From: an uncultured Acidimicrobiaceae bacterium | GTDB taxonomy: Bacteria; Actinomycetota; Acidimicrobiia; Acidimicrobiales; Palsa-688 | Reading direction: 5' to 3' | DNA: 64,000 nucleotides | Assembly (NCBI GenBank): GCA_963749305.1 | Contig: CAVVMN010000006.1 | Span: 87,975 to 151,974 of the forward strand | Shown: positions 20,114 to 29,756 of the stretch, piece by piece | Position numbering within the stretch: position 1 is the first letter of the stretch | How the letters are laid out: each line of letters opens with the position of its first letter | Notes under the pieces: generated by a model | What the model was told of the DNA's origin: nothing | What the model saw: only the letters and a program-made list of their open reading frames with translations | Databases searched by the model: none | Translations under genes and position numbers: made by a program

Positions 20114-21685
20114 GTGTGGCGTCAACCGGCATACTCAACCGTCCTTGCCAGCGGGGCGTATGTGATCTCCCGTAGCCCCGACAGGTCGCGGGCTTTGATA
20201 CGTCAGGGCCCACTCGCCGGGCGGTACCCCGCGGTGGCGGCAATGGTCATGTGCGCTCTGATCCCCTACCTGGCGTTATCTGCTGCGCTCAACCCACTGA
20301 CGCCGATCATCTCCGAGCAGCTCCACACCAGCCTTCAGACCATGAGCCTTGCCGGCGGCCTGGCCAACGCCGCCTATGCGGTGGGCACCGTGCTGGCGGT
20401 CCAGCTTGCCCAACATCTACCACAGCGCAGGATAATGCTCGCCTACGCCGTATTGCTGGTCGTCGGATCGGTGCTCACGGCCGCCGCCCAAAACGCGGGC
20501 ATGTTCATCGTGGGTCGCGTGGTCCAGGGCCTTTGCACCAGCCTGCTGTTGATCGCAGCGGTCCCCCCTCTGGCCCTGGGGTACCCGCGAGACAAGCTCC
20601 GCGACACCGCCGTGATCATGAACCTGTGCATCTTCGGGGCCGTCGCCCTCGGCCCGTTCATCGGCGGCCTACAAGCCGAAGCCAACGCCTGGCGACCCCT
20701 GTTCTGGATCGTCGCCGGGATATCGGTGGCGGCACTGTTACTAGCCGTCCTGACCTTCGATGACGCGCCGCCGGCCAACCTCGACTCGCCTCGGGACGTG
20801 CCGGCGATCGCGCTGGCCACGGTCGGCTGCGTGGCCGCCTTCTTCGGTGCTGCACAACTCACCACCCACCGCCTCTTGGACCCTGTCGTGATAGTGCCGA
20901 TGGTGGGCGGCCTGGCCACGATTGTCGTTCTCGTCGTCTACGAATACCGGGCCAAGCGGCCGCTGCTGACCATCCGCACGATGATGACCAGTTCAATACC
21001 CGTCGCTGGCGTCACTTTGGCGCTGTTTGCCGCGGCCGCGTCGGTATCCGCGACAGCACTCACCGTCGAAGTTCTTACGGGGCACTACAGCCCGCTTCGT
21101 ATTGGGGTGCTCTTCCTCCCCGAGGTCGGGGGCGCGGTGGTCACGGCGATAGTGCTCGGCCTGGTCCTCCAGAGGCGCGCCATCCACTATCTCCCGTTGG
21201 TCGGCATGATCGTGCTCGCTGCCGGCATAGCGGTGTTCCGGGTCGAGGTGCCCCCGAGCCAGGCGCTCACGCTGGTGGGCTCCAGCCTGACCGGGATCGG
21301 CCTCGGGGCCACGGTCGCACCGGCACTCTTCGTGGCCGGCTTTTCACTGGCGTCCGCCAACCTGCAGCGGGTGTTCGCGATTGTCGAACTCCTGCGGGCG
21401 GTGGCCGCGTTCATGCTCGCGCCGATATTCGTCTATTTCGCCTCGACGATCTCCGGCAGTCTCGACGAAGGTACCGGCATAATGCTTTTGGTCGGTATTG
21501 GGCTCGCCATCGCCGGTGCTGCTTTCGGAGTCGCCATCTACGCGCTTAGTGGTGCGCGACCACAGGCGCCCGACCTTGACACCTTCCTTTCAGGCAAAGC
21601 GCCGGCATGGGACTCCCCACCCCTTCTGGCCAGACTCGGCTGGGGCCCGTCCGACCGGGCCCTCGAACCCGAAAGCGTCAACTGA
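20114..21685 (+). CDS. MFS transporter, DHA2-like (about 14 TM)
   Basis: 523-aa hydrophobic ORF with MFS motifs (LPQRRIMLAYAVLLVVGSVL). The start is uncertain, between 20114 and 20250. Confidence 0.8.
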   Translation: MWRQPAYSTVLASGAYVISRSPDRSRALIRQGPLAGRYPAVAAMVMCALIPYLALSAALNPLTPIISEQLHTSLQTMSLAGGLANAAYAVGTVLAVQLAQHLPQRRIMLAYAVLLVVGSVLTAAAQNAGMFIVGRVVQGLCTSLLLIAAVPPLALGYPRDKLRDTAVIMNLCIFGAVALGPFIGGLQAEANAWRPLFWIVAGISVAALLLAVLTFDDAPPANLDSPRDVPAIALATVGCVAAFFGAAQLTTHRLLDPVVIVPMVGGLATIVVLVVYEYRAKRPLLTIRTMMTSSIPVAGVTLALFAAAASVSATALTVEVLTGHYSPLRIGVLFLPEVGGAVVTAIVLGLVLQRRAIHYLPLVGMIVLAAGIAVFRVEVPPSQALTLVGSSLTGIGLGATVAPALFVAGFSLASANLQRVFAIVELLRAVAAFMLAPIFVYFASTISGSLDEGTGIMLLVGIGLAIAGAAFGVAIYALSGARPQAPDLDTFLSGKAPAWDSPPLLARLGWGPSDRALEPESVN

Positions 21686-21689
21686 CGCG

Positions 21690-22157
21690 GTGTCGACTCC
21701 ACCTGGCTCCGCGGAGCCGATCGGTCCGGTGCTGTTCGCCTACGACGGCTCCGATCTCGCTGGGTTCGCCATCGGGCACGCCGCCAGACAGCTGGCCCCC
21801 GGCCGAGATGCGCTGGTGCTGTGCGTGTGGCAGCCGGTAGATGTCGGGTTCGTGCCCGTCAGCGAGCGCCATTTCGACGCGGACCAGGCCAGCGAGGTAC
21901 GAAAGGCGGCGGAGGAGACCGCCGAGCACGGAGCGTCGCTGGCACGCCAGGCCGGCTTCCGGGCGCAGGGAACGACCGTCCAGGCCGCCCCGACTTGGAA
22001 GGGGATCGTCGACGCCGCCGAGCAGCACCAGGTCAGCCTCATAGTCCTGGGCTCCCACCGCCATGGCGGCCTCGTGGGGCACTTCCACGGCAACGTTGCC
22101 GCGGCCGTGATCGCCCGCGGGCGCTTCTCCGTATTGGTGGTCCATCCGCCACCCTGA
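21690..22157 (+). CDS. universal stress protein
   Basis: GTG at 21690, just after the MFS stop. VLFAYDGSDLAGFAIGHAA...LIVLGSHRHGGLVGHFHGNVAAAVIARGRFSVLVV is USP-like. Confidence 0.8.
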   Translation: MSTPPGSAEPIGPVLFAYDGSDLAGFAIGHAARQLAPGRDALVLCVWQPVDVGFVPVSERHFDADQASEVRKAAEETAEHGASLARQAGFRAQGTTVQAAPTWKGIVDAAEQHQVSLIVLGSHRHGGLVGHFHGNVAAAVIARGRFSVLVVHPPP

Positions 22158-22253
22158 ACGGGAACTTCCACCATCGGGCTAAGCGGGGAGGTCCACGGCG
22201 TGACGACTTGGTCCCACCCCGTCCCATTTGTTCTTTAGGGCCGTGGCTCACAC

Positions 22254-23102
22254 CTAGCCTGGCTGGCGCGCCTGCAACGTGTAGCTGAGCGCGAGCCGCT
22301 CGGGGCGAGTTCGTAGGACCGCCGCGCCGTCGGTCCTCCGTTCCATAACGTTGGGCAGGAACAATGAGTCGCAATACCGCAGCTCGTGCAGCGCGGTCAC
22401 GACGAGGCCAGCATCGATCACGGATTGCACAATTTCACCGAGCCCGTGGTTCCATTCACGTGTCGCGGTGTGGGTTATGGACGACGCGTCGCCGTCGGTG
22501 TAGGTCGAAGGCCCCTCGTCGAACGCCAGCGGTTCGGGCGTTTCGAAGTACGGGAACTCGATGACGAACATGTCGTCAGGACGTTGGTCGAGGCACCATA
22601 GGAGCGGGTGGTACTCGTGGAGGTGAAGGACCCCGCTGGACCGCAGTAGCCCGGCGGCGACCTTGGCCCAGCCTGCAATATCAGGTAGCCAGTTAAGAGC
22701 ACCTGTGCCGGTGTAGACGACGTCGAAGCGATGCCGCCCCAGCACGTCGATGGCGTCGTACAGTTCGCCTTCGATGTAAGTGATGTCCGCTTGCGCTTCC
22801 GCGGCGAGCCGGCGGGCTACGTCGAGTGCTGACGGTGAGAAGTCGTACCCGGTCACCGACGCCGCCCCAAGCCGAGAAAGGGACAAGGTATCGGTGCCAA
22901 TGTGGCATTGCAGGTGGACAACGTCTTTCCCGTCAAGTGCGGGTAGCAGCGAACGGTCACGCTCGATAATGCCGGTCAAACGATTTGGGTCAGCCGCCAG
23001 CCCCGGCAAGTCGTAGGTCTTGGACGCGGCATGTACAGGTACTCGGTCCTCCCAGTTGCCGAGGTTGAGCCCTCGGTGGGCGTCGATAGGCATCGCGTTC
23101 AT
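22254..23102 (-). CDS. class I SAM-dependent methyltransferase
   Basis: Real start MNAMPIDAHR at 23102. Motif I-like VVHLQCHIGTDTLSLS and acidic loop VTGYDFS. The Arg-rich 121 aa upstream in the ORF track overlap the STAS gene and are rejected. Confidence 0.75.
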   Translation of the reverse strand: MNAMPIDAHRGLNLGNWEDRVPVHAASKTYDLPGLAADPNRLTGIIERDRSLLPALDGKDVVHLQCHIGTDTLSLSRLGAASVTGYDFSPSALDVARRLAAEAQADITYIEGELYDAIDVLGRHRFDVVYTGTGALNWLPDIAGWAKVAAGLLRSSGVLHLHEYHPLLWCLDQRPDDMFVIEFPYFETPEPLAFDEGPSTYTDGDASSITHTATREWNHGLGEIVQSVIDAGLVVTALHELRYCDSLFLPNVMERRTDGAAVLRTRPERLALSYTLQARQPG

Positions 23103-23197
23103 TCTGCATTGCCCATTCACACGCCGCCTACAGGGGAGGGGAACCTTCTGGGCCAACTCTCGGCGCTCGAGCTCACCCGCTCGTATGCCTCCCCGGG

Positions 23198-23527
23198 TTA
23201 GCGGCGTCGCCGCGGGGCCGTTGCGGGCAGCGATCCAGTCACGAGGGGGTAGACGCCGACGAGCTCCATGAGCCGCTGAACGGGCGGACGGGCATTGCAT
23301 ACCCGAGCCGTGGCCCCGAAGGCTCGCGCCAGCCGCACGGACCCGACAATGGCCTGCATCCCAACGGCGTCGATGAACTCGACCGGGCTCAGGTCGATCA
23401 CAATCTCGACCCCTGGTCCGACCGAGTCCCGTACTTCGTGGCGCAGGGACATGGCGGCGGCCCAATCGAGGTTGCCCAGGGGTTTACAAACGACGTTTGA
23501 CCGGCGACCGGCATCGGTTTCAATCAT
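23198..23527 (-). CDS. STAS-domain protein (anti-sigma-factor antagonist-like)
   Basis: From MIETD at 23527. ...GNLDWAAAMSLRHEV...IVIDLSPVEFIDAVGMQAIV...ARVCNARPPVQRLMELVGV is typical STAS/SpoIIAA. Confidence 0.7.
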   Translation of the reverse strand: MIETDAGRRSNVVCKPLGNLDWAAAMSLRHEVRDSVGPGVEIVIDLSPVEFIDAVGMQAIVGSVRLARAFGATARVCNARPPVQRLMELVGVYPLVTGSLPATAPRRRR

Positions 23528-23788
23528 TGGTCCCCCTTTGTGCGAGCTGGCGTTGGCATTACGGTCGCGCTTCTTCCCGTCGATGGCACTAGGGAAAAAC
23601 CCTGGTTTCACCCCGGGAGCGGCCCGGACCACTGTTGCGTGACAGTCCATGGTCACTTCTATGCCACCGGCGGTAACACGGCCCCAACAACGGTTGTTCG
23701 TCGGTTGTTACCCGGAGGGTCAGGTCAGCGTCCGCCCGGGCCAACCGGTTGAACACACGTATTGGCCGGGTGTCGTAGGGTTGGACTA

Positions 23789-24289
23789 ATGACCCCGACC
23801 GCTGTTACGGCCGTTCAGGCGATGGTGGCGCCTGTCGTGCTCGTCACGACGGCGGCGATCTTCTCAGGTGCCCTCCTGTCGCTATATACCTCCATCGATG
23901 CCCGCATGCGCGCCATGACCAACGAACGTTTGGAGATCTTGACAAACAATGCCGGAGCGCTCCTGTCAAGGGTCGATTTACCGCCTAGTCGTCGGGAACG
24001 GCTCGGTCAGATCGATCATGAACTGCCCTTGCTCCTTCGACGGCACCGGTTATTGCACAATGCAGTCCTCCTCATCTTTGCTGGCGTTTCAGTCTTGGTT
24101 TTGAGCGTGATCGCTATCGGGATTGCCGTCACCAGCGCCTCCGACACGGTCGGTACCGCTGCGCTCGCTCTCGTTTTACTTGGCACTGTCACACTTCTTG
24201 CTGGCCTCGTCCTGGCGGCGCGATCGATCATGATCTCACAGGATGCGATCGACTACGAGGTGGCGCGAGCCCTTTCGCTCGGCTCCTAA
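23789..24289 (+). CDS. DUF2721 membrane protein
   Basis: AMVAPVVLVTTAAIFSGALLSLYTSIDARMRAMTNERLEIL... plus two more TM helices. Confidence 0.65.
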   Translation: MTPTAVTAVQAMVAPVVLVTTAAIFSGALLSLYTSIDARMRAMTNERLEILTNNAGALLSRVDLPPSRRERLGQIDHELPLLLRRHRLLHNAVLLIFAGVSVLVLSVIAIGIAVTSASDTVGTAALALVLLGTVTLLAGLVLAARSIMISQDAIDYEVARALSLGS

Positions 24290-24346
24290 AGGTTGGCGCC
24301 GATCCCATTCCGTGGAAATGGGTACAAGTGCGTTCGTCGAGTTGTT

Positions 24347-24698
24347 TTACTCTTTGGCGAGATTGTCGAGGAAGCCTTCGATGGCCGTAGCGACGAGCGC
24401 TGGCTGGTCGTTGGTGGCGGTGTGGCCTTCACCAGCGAGAATATGCAGCCGGCTGGGTTGCCCATGGGCCTACTGAGACCGCGACCCCGACGGTCCACGA
24501 GGAACACGGTCCGGGTCTCAGCGAGCAAGCTGCCGCGGCCTCATAGTCCGCTGAGGATGTGGCCCCGCCGTGAACAACCAGAAGCCCTGGCAGGTTGCCG
24601 GAGCCCAGGACGCGCCATGCAATTGAGGTCCCGTCACCAACCTCGACCGACCCGGCTCTTCCCACACGGTCCTCCATGCTCCAACTGCGTCGATACAT
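24347..24698 (-). pseudogene. alpha/beta hydrolase remnant with a large internal deletion
   Basis: N-terminal piece (...GLLVVHGGATSSADYEAAAA / LAETRTVFLVDRRGRGLS) is joined almost directly to the C-terminal piece (RLHILAGEGHTATNDQPALVATAIEGFLDNLAKE*). It spans three frames, and the nucleophile-elbow core is absent. Confidence 0.65.
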
Positions 24699-24988
24699 CA
24701 CTGGTCCCTCGGTCGACGACCGGCCGGATGGGCAATTTCGCGTTTTGGAGATAATCGCGGCCCCTCTGGGGCCGCGATATTGCACAGATCGCGCACCCGG
24801 CCAACAAAAGCCCAGCCCTGATGATTTACAGCGAGTTCGAGCGGACGCCTAAGGCGAATGCGAGCGGGGGGACCGACCACAGCTCGGCCAGTGTGGTCAT
24901 CGTTGCTGGCCGCAACCCTAACCCCTTATTTGACCGCGCTTTGGGCTACCCGGTGTTGTAACCCGGACGATGCCGAAATTCCACCCGT

Positions 24989-26668
24989 TCACGGGCTTTC
25001 AGTCCGGTAAATGGGGTCTGGGTCGTTCCCGCCCGGTTGGCCCGAACCCGGCACCACAAGGAACCGCGCCGACGCCCGAAACCCTTTTGCCGTTGCATCG
25101 CGTGGTCCGAGTACGTCTGGTATCAGGATCATGAGAGTCGCCTTTAGTTGGCCTCTCGAGTTCGTTCGGGTCACCACCGATCCCGTCGAAAGCGACCACG
25201 AGATCGTCACGAGGCGGTCCTTGGGGAAACCGTGCCCGGTCACCGCTACCAGCGTGCCCGGTGGGCCTAGAGGAGGATCGAGCTCCAGCGCCGGGACCCT
25301 CGGGTGGTGACCGCGCCCGGCCGTTGTCGTGGTGGTGGTCCTCTTGGTCGCTGTCGTCGGTGTGGTGCGGACAACGGTCGTACCAGTTGTTGCCGCGGCT
25401 GTTGTCGCGGTCCTCGCCGTGCCCGTTGTCACCGTCGCAGTGACAGCGGTCGTCGCCGTCGTCCCGGTGCGGACCGAAGATGTGGTTGCCGTGGTAGTCG
25501 TGGCTCTTGCGGTGGTCCGGGTTCGCGTCGTGACCGTGGCGGTCGTCGTCGTACCTGTTTTCCCGGTGCTGTGCGTGCTGGTCGTGTTAGGGCGAGTCGT
25601 CGCTGTGCTTGTCGTACCCGACGTCGCCGTCGTGGTGGGCCTGGTTGTTGCTGTGGGCCTGGTTGTTACTGTGGTCGTTACCTTCTTTGTCGTTGAAGTC
25701 GTCCCGCTGCTTGTTGTCACCTTCGCCGTTGTCGGGGTTGTTTCGGTGGTAACCGTTGTCGGCGTTGTCGCCGTGGTTGGGTGGCCGGGCACGATTATCG
25801 TGTGGCTCACGCACGGCGACGAGTTCCAATACGGGGTTTGGCCGGGAGTGTCGACCCTAAACGAAGTACCGGGGACGGTGGCGCCAGTACTAACGCCGGC
25901 TGAGTCAGTTTCACATAACTGCACGGTGTAGGTGCCTGTGCTGGTATAGACGTGCGATACATTTTGGCCCGTGCCCGACTTGCCATCACCGAACGACCAG
26001 TTGTACGAGGCGATAGTGCCGAATTGGACGGTCGATGCGGATGCGTCAAACGTTGAGGCCGTACCTACCTGTCCGGCTGCCGCAGTGAACCGGGGCACGG
26101 GAGACTGGTCAGGCGTAATCGCGATACCCTTCGGCCCGGTGGGCCAGCCGAAATGGAGGGTTCGAGACGGAGAAGCCGGCGCCACCATCGATGGCGGACC
26201 GGTTGCGTTCGAAGTGATCCCGACGACATCGAGATCGGTCTCGGTGTCGTCTTGGCCCGCCACGGCGGCAACCAGAGTATGGCCATCCGGTGACACGGCG
26301 ATCGAGTCATCGGCCCGATAGCTGGGTTCAATTCCGGCGTTGGTGGTCGCCAGCGGGACCGATTTGTACTGCAGGGGTTGAGCAACCGGGAAGCCGGTGA
26401 GGTACGGAACGGAGCGCTTGAAGCCCGCAGTACTGGCCACGTAAACGTCGAGGCCGTCCGGGCTTACCGTGATAGACCGGGCGGCGGGGACGGAGGGGTA
26501 GGGGAGCGGTACGATCACGCTCGGGAGGGTCCCCGGCGGTGGTAGTGGTCGCACCACCGTCGGCGGGTGAGGTGAGCGGAAGGGTACCGGGAAGCCAAAC
26601 GCGACGGCGTCTATCAGTATCCGCGCGGATGGGACGTTCGGGACACTCTGCGGGACCGACAGTGCCAC
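24989..26668 (-). CDS. beta-propeller-repeat / PKD / Thr-rich linker / IPT-like protein, possibly continuous with the upstream ORF
   Basis: ITVSPDGLDVYVAS and IAVSPDGHTLVAAV repeats; a PKD domain (FDASAS...YNWSFGDGKSGTGQNVSHVYTSTGTYTVQLCETDSAG); a Thr-rich stretch of about 150 aa; C-terminal LVAVTGHGFPKDRLVTISW. No signal peptide of its own. Confidence 0.7.
   Translation of the reverse strand: MALSVPQSVPNVPSARILIDAVAFGFPVPFRSPHPPTVVRPLPPPGTLPSVIVPLPYPSVPAARSITVSPDGLDVYVASTAGFKRSVPYLTGFPVAQPLQYKSVPLATTNAGIEPSYRADDSIAVSPDGHTLVAAVAGQDDTETDLDVVGITSNATGPPSMVAPASPSRTLHFGWPTGPKGIAITPDQSPVPRFTAAAGQVGTASTFDASASTVQFGTIASYNWSFGDGKSGTGQNVSHVYTSTGTYTVQLCETDSAGVSTGATVPGTSFRVDTPGQTPYWNSSPCVSHTIIVPGHPTTATTPTTVTTETTPTTAKVTTSSGTTSTTKKVTTTVTTRPTATTRPTTTATSGTTSTATTRPNTTSTHSTGKTGTTTTATVTTRTRTTARATTTTATTSSVRTGTTATTAVTATVTTGTARTATTAAATTGTTVVRTTPTTATKRTTTTTTAGRGHHPRVPALELDPPLGPPGTLVAVTGHGFPKDRLVTISWSLSTGSVVTRTNSRGQLKATLMILIPDVLGPRDATAKGFRASARFLVVPGSGQPGGNDPDPIYRTESP
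25319..25780 (-). repeat. low-complexity Thr-rich (mucin-like) coding tract
   Basis: About 150 codons dominated by T with interspersed A/R/P/G/S/V (TTATTPTTVTTETTPTT...TKRTTTTTTAG). The antisense frame reads poly-V. Confidence 0.9.
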
Positions 26669-27972
26669 GGGGGGTGATTCCGGCCCCGAATTATCGGCGA
26701 AGTTGACGGTCGTAGGCCGTGATGCAAGGGATGGACAAATCGATTATTACTGTTCGAGCAATACAGGCTAGACGCACCCAGCCGTTGTCGAACTCTGAGT
26801 GTGGTGGGCCTTGCGTCGAGCCCGTCGTGCCCGAAGCTGGGCGTAGTGGTTGGAGTAGTGGTCGGAATAGTGGTGGGAGTAGTGGTTGGTTGTGTGGAGC
26901 AGTTTGGCTGTATTGTCAGCGGGTTGGACGTCAGTGGTGTGCTCTGGCCCACCGAGTTGACGGCTGAGACCTGCAGCGTCCACGTCCCCCCACCGCAACC
27001 CACGGCCGACGTGTAGCTGGCCGGTCCCGGGATCTTTACCTGGGTCGTCACCACTCCGTTGAGACTAAGAGCCAGGGCCCAATTCGTGATGGGGGAGCCG
27101 TTGTCCTTCGCCGTCCAGTGCCATTGAATTTCGGTGAGGTTCGGAGCAAACCCCGTCACACTGAGCATGGTCGGTACCTTGCCTGCGGTCGTTGTCGTCG
27201 TCGGAGGAGCAACGGTCGACGACAGTGACGAATTGTTTGTTGCGTAAAGGTCTTTGCCGTTGGGGGTTAGGGCGAGGTCGGTGACCTCACCGGTAAAATA
27301 ACGATTGTTGGTGGGGGCCACCCACTCGCTCGTTGTCGGGGTGCCCGTCAACTTAACCTCGAAGATCGCGTTCACCGGAGACCCTGAGCTCGAGTTTTCC
27401 CCGCCCAGGTACGCTCTGGCCCCATTGGGCGAAATGGCTAGAGTACCGAAGGTGGCTTTGGCCGTGCTGGGGAGTGTGTAGACGCTGTGGGGATGGAGCG
27501 TCTGGACATCCGCTGAGTAGAGCGCATTTTCACTGGCCACGAACACCAGGTTTGGGTCACGGGGATCGGCGGCTACTCCGACCAGAGGCAGGCCCGGGAG
27601 GGCTATAGAGCCAACTTTGGCGCCAGTGGCGGGATCGAGCACGAACACCATCGGCGTATGGCTGTTACGGCCGATGGTCACGGTACGGGCGCCGTCAGAT
27701 GTGTCGGCCGCCGCCTTCAGTCCTGCTCCTGGCGGCGATGGCGTTTCAGTGCCAAGGGCGTTGCCGGAAAATGAAAATACGCTCGCCTGCTGGCTGCCAG
27801 TCACGTAAAGGTCTGGGGAGGAACCCTGAGGTATGGCGCCCGCGGGCTGTTGGTGGATAACCAGGACCGAGATGCTAAGCGATGCCAGGGTGGCCGCGAC
27901 CAGGGCTAGCCGTAGGGGGCCATGCCGGTGCCAGCGGTATGGGCTCCAGCGTTTGCGTATCAACGTGACCAA
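26614..27972 (-). CDS. secreted YVTN-type beta-propeller + fibronectin-III protein
   Basis: Signal-like LRLALVAATLASLSISVLV; repeats LAISPNGARAYLGG and LALTPNGKDLYATN; an FN3-like segment (NLTEIQWHWTAKDNGSPITNW...VSAVNSVGQS); then a TTTPTT linker. The last ~70 aa look off-frame. Confidence 0.7.
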   Translation of the reverse strand: MVTLIRKRWSPYRWHRHGPLRLALVAATLASLSISVLVIHQQPAGAIPQGSSPDLYVTGSQQASVFSFSGNALGTETPSPPGAGLKAAADTSDGARTVTIGRNSHTPMVFVLDPATGAKVGSIALPGLPLVGVAADPRDPNLVFVASENALYSADVQTLHPHSVYTLPSTAKATFGTLAISPNGARAYLGGENSSSGSPVNAIFEVKLTGTPTTSEWVAPTNNRYFTGEVTDLALTPNGKDLYATNNSSLSSTVAPPTTTTTAGKVPTMLSVTGFAPNLTEIQWHWTAKDNGSPITNWALALSLNGVVTTQVKIPGPASYTSAVGCGGGTWTLQVSAVNSVGQSTPLTSNPLTIQPNCSTQPTTTPTTIPTTTPTTTPSFGHDGLDARPTTLRVRQRLGASSLYCSNSNNRFVHPLHHGLRPSTSPIIRGRNHPPWHCRSRRVSRTSHPRGY

Positions 27973-27991
27973 TTTGTAGACCTCGCCACAG

Positions 27992-29329
27992 TTACGAGGC
28001 AGATTTCATGTTCCCTGCGAAGTAGAGCGACGGCGTGCAGGTACCGGAGCAGTCTTTTACCACGAACTGGAGTTTGCTGTTGGGGCGGAAATACACCGGC
28101 GTGATCCAGTGGTAGTCGAGGTCCCTGAAGTTCGCCAGCGCCCATGACATGAGCACTTTGCCGCTGTCCTGGAGGAAGACGGTGCCGCTGGCGCCGGCGG
28201 AGTTCTCGAGGAGGATGTCGGTGACATCCAGGCTTTTGTCCTTGGGGATGAAAAAGGCGGCAGTGGTGTTGTTACCGCTCGCCGTCAGGCTGTAGTTGAT
28301 AGGCGTGCCCAAGGCCGCCGCGCTGTTCGCCGCATTGGAGCTGTTCGCGCTGGTAGTCGCCGTCGTGGAACCGGTCACCGAACCATGGCCGGGGCTGGTA
28401 GTGGCCGAAGTGGTGGGGGTTGTGCCCGATCCGGGACTGGAAGTCGCAGCCAGAGAGGAGACGGTGCTGGCTACGCTATTTACGGCGCTGACCACCGGTT
28501 TGATTTGCTTCGCTACTGCGTTCTGCGTCGCTGCCGTGATCTGCGGTTTGACGAGCGTGAACCACAACAGGGCCAAAATGGCAACCAATGCCAGCAGACC
28601 GGCTATGGCCTTCCCGATCCAGCTGGGGAGAAGCGGGTCCCTGAGTATGGCGCCATCGGCATCAAGCTCCGGTGGGTGCGTCCCGGCGGGCAGTTCTGTG
28701 CCGGGCTCGGCGCCGTTTGTGTGGGGTTGCCGAAGGGCAACTTGGTAGGGCTCTGTCGTCGACGGGCCGCGCCAATAGCTGGCTTTCGGGCGCACAGTGA
28801 CCTTCGCGAACGCCACCGAACCGGCGGCGACGTCCATCAGCGGGGGACTGAACGAGTAGTCGAACGCCGAGTCGCTGTCGCTACCCGAGAGCTCAGCCCG
28901 GTAGCTGATATTTGAACGATTGTCGACAGCTACCTGCGACCGTCCCCGCAACCACACACGGGTCGCATGCGGTGTGACCTCCGCCATAACCTCGCTGAAC
29001 TCGGCGACATTGAGGGTCCCTTCTTCGACCACGCTTCCTTCGGGGTCCTCGCGGGACTGCACCCGGATCCCGAACGGTACTGCTCCCGAGGCAGTGTCAG
29101 TCGCCCGCGGAGGAGAAAAGGTAACGCGAATTGTCTCTTCAGCTTGCGGGAACAGCGACACCGTGGGGGGGTCAAATGTAGCCCAACCACCGGCACCTCC
29201 GAGCACTTCGAAGCTGAACTGGTCAACAACCGTCCCGGTATTGCGAACCGTCAGCTCCAGGCTGACGCTGGCGCCGGGTTCGACGTCGGCTATCGGTACC
29301 GGGAGTCGAACTATTGCGCTCATATCCAT
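27992..29329 (-). CDS. bitopic membrane protein: two N-terminal Ig-like (NEW3/CARDB-like) domains, TM, Ser/Thr linker, small C-terminal beta domain
   Basis: Start ATG at 29329 with a GGAAGG SD. VEPGASVSLELTVRNTGTVVDQFSFEVLG...ETIRVTFSPP is an Ig-like module and is repeated once. One TM helix (IAGLLALVAILALLWFTLV). No signal peptide, so the N-terminus is predicted cytoplasmic. Confidence 0.6.
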   Translation of the reverse strand: MDMSAIVRLPVPIADVEPGASVSLELTVRNTGTVVDQFSFEVLGGAGGWATFDPPTVSLFPQAEETIRVTFSPPRATDTASGAVPFGIRVQSREDPEGSVVEEGTLNVAEFSEVMAEVTPHATRVWLRGRSQVAVDNRSNISYRAELSGSDSDSAFDYSFSPPLMDVAAGSVAFAKVTVRPKASYWRGPSTTEPYQVALRQPHTNGAEPGTELPAGTHPPELDADGAILRDPLLPSWIGKAIAGLLALVAILALLWFTLVKPQITAATQNAVAKQIKPVVSAVNSVASTVSSLAATSSPGSGTTPTTSATTSPGHGSVTGSTTATTSANSSNAANSAAALGTPINYSLTASGNNTTAAFFIPKDKSLDVTDILLENSAGASGTVFLQDSGKVLMSWALANFRDLDYHWITPVYFRPNSKLQFVVKDCSGTCTPSLYFAGNMKSAS

Positions 29330-29364
29330 CCTTCCAGGTCTCTTGTCGAGTGCATTCGGGGCAT

Positions 29365-29754
29365 TTAGCCGATCAGAACAGTCGCGCCGCTGGCGGCTAG
29401 CGTCCCCGGCAGACCGCCGCAGGCCGTGCACTGGGAGGCCTGCGTCGCCGCTCCTTGGCCGCCAATGAGGACGTCGACGCTCCCCACCACGACCTGGCCG
29501 ATCTGCATCGCCGGCACCATGTACGGGTCGGCCGGGTAAAGCCCGACGTGTGGCGGGGTGTTGAGACCCGAGGATCCGGCGACGGCGGCGGGCTTGCCAC
29601 CGATAAGGACGGTCTCAACCGTCCCGATGGTGATTGGGGCTGAGAAAGGGAGCGGAGGCGACGGCTGGGGCGCGCCCGTGGCCGGGTTGGGGATGAGGTG
29701 GATGGCGCAGGTGGCGGTGATCTGGTCACCCAGGACAGCCGCGGGAGTACCCAT
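29365..29754 (-). CDS. PAAR-domain spike-tip protein (Afp10-like)
   Basis: 129 aa, Gly/Pro/Ala/Val-rich, with repeated (P)AAV.G motifs (GTPAAVLGDQ, GGKPAAVAGSS, LIGGQGAATQ) typical of PAAR cones. The start lies 3 nt after the upstream gene's stop. Confidence 0.7.
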   Translation of the reverse strand: MGTPAAVLGDQITATCAIHLIPNPATGAPQPSPPLPFSAPITIGTVETVLIGGKPAAVAGSSGLNTPPHVGLYPADPYMVPAMQIGQVVVGSVDVLIGGQGAATQASQCTACGGLPGTLAASGATVLIG

Positions 29755-29756
29755 TC

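Noticed and set aside
23103-23465. N-terminal 121 aa of the 403-aa ORF containing the methyltransferase
   Set aside because: It is an Arg-rich off-frame sequence overlapping the STAS gene. The methyltransferase fold begins at MNAMPID (23102).
25329-25931. 200-aa plus-strand poly-Val/Ala ORF
   Set aside because: It is the antisense reading of the Thr-rich (ACN-repeat) tract of the PKD protein gene, so it is a mirror artefact of low-complexity coding sequence.
24989-27972. Beta-propeller/FN3/PKD proteins as the missing CIS tail fibres
   Set aside because: The first ORF has a Sec-type signal peptide and a mucin-like linker, pointing to export as a surface protein and not to cytoplasmic assembly onto a baseplate. 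It shows no fibre-like trimeric coiled-coil or collar motif. It is kept only as a neighbourhood observation.
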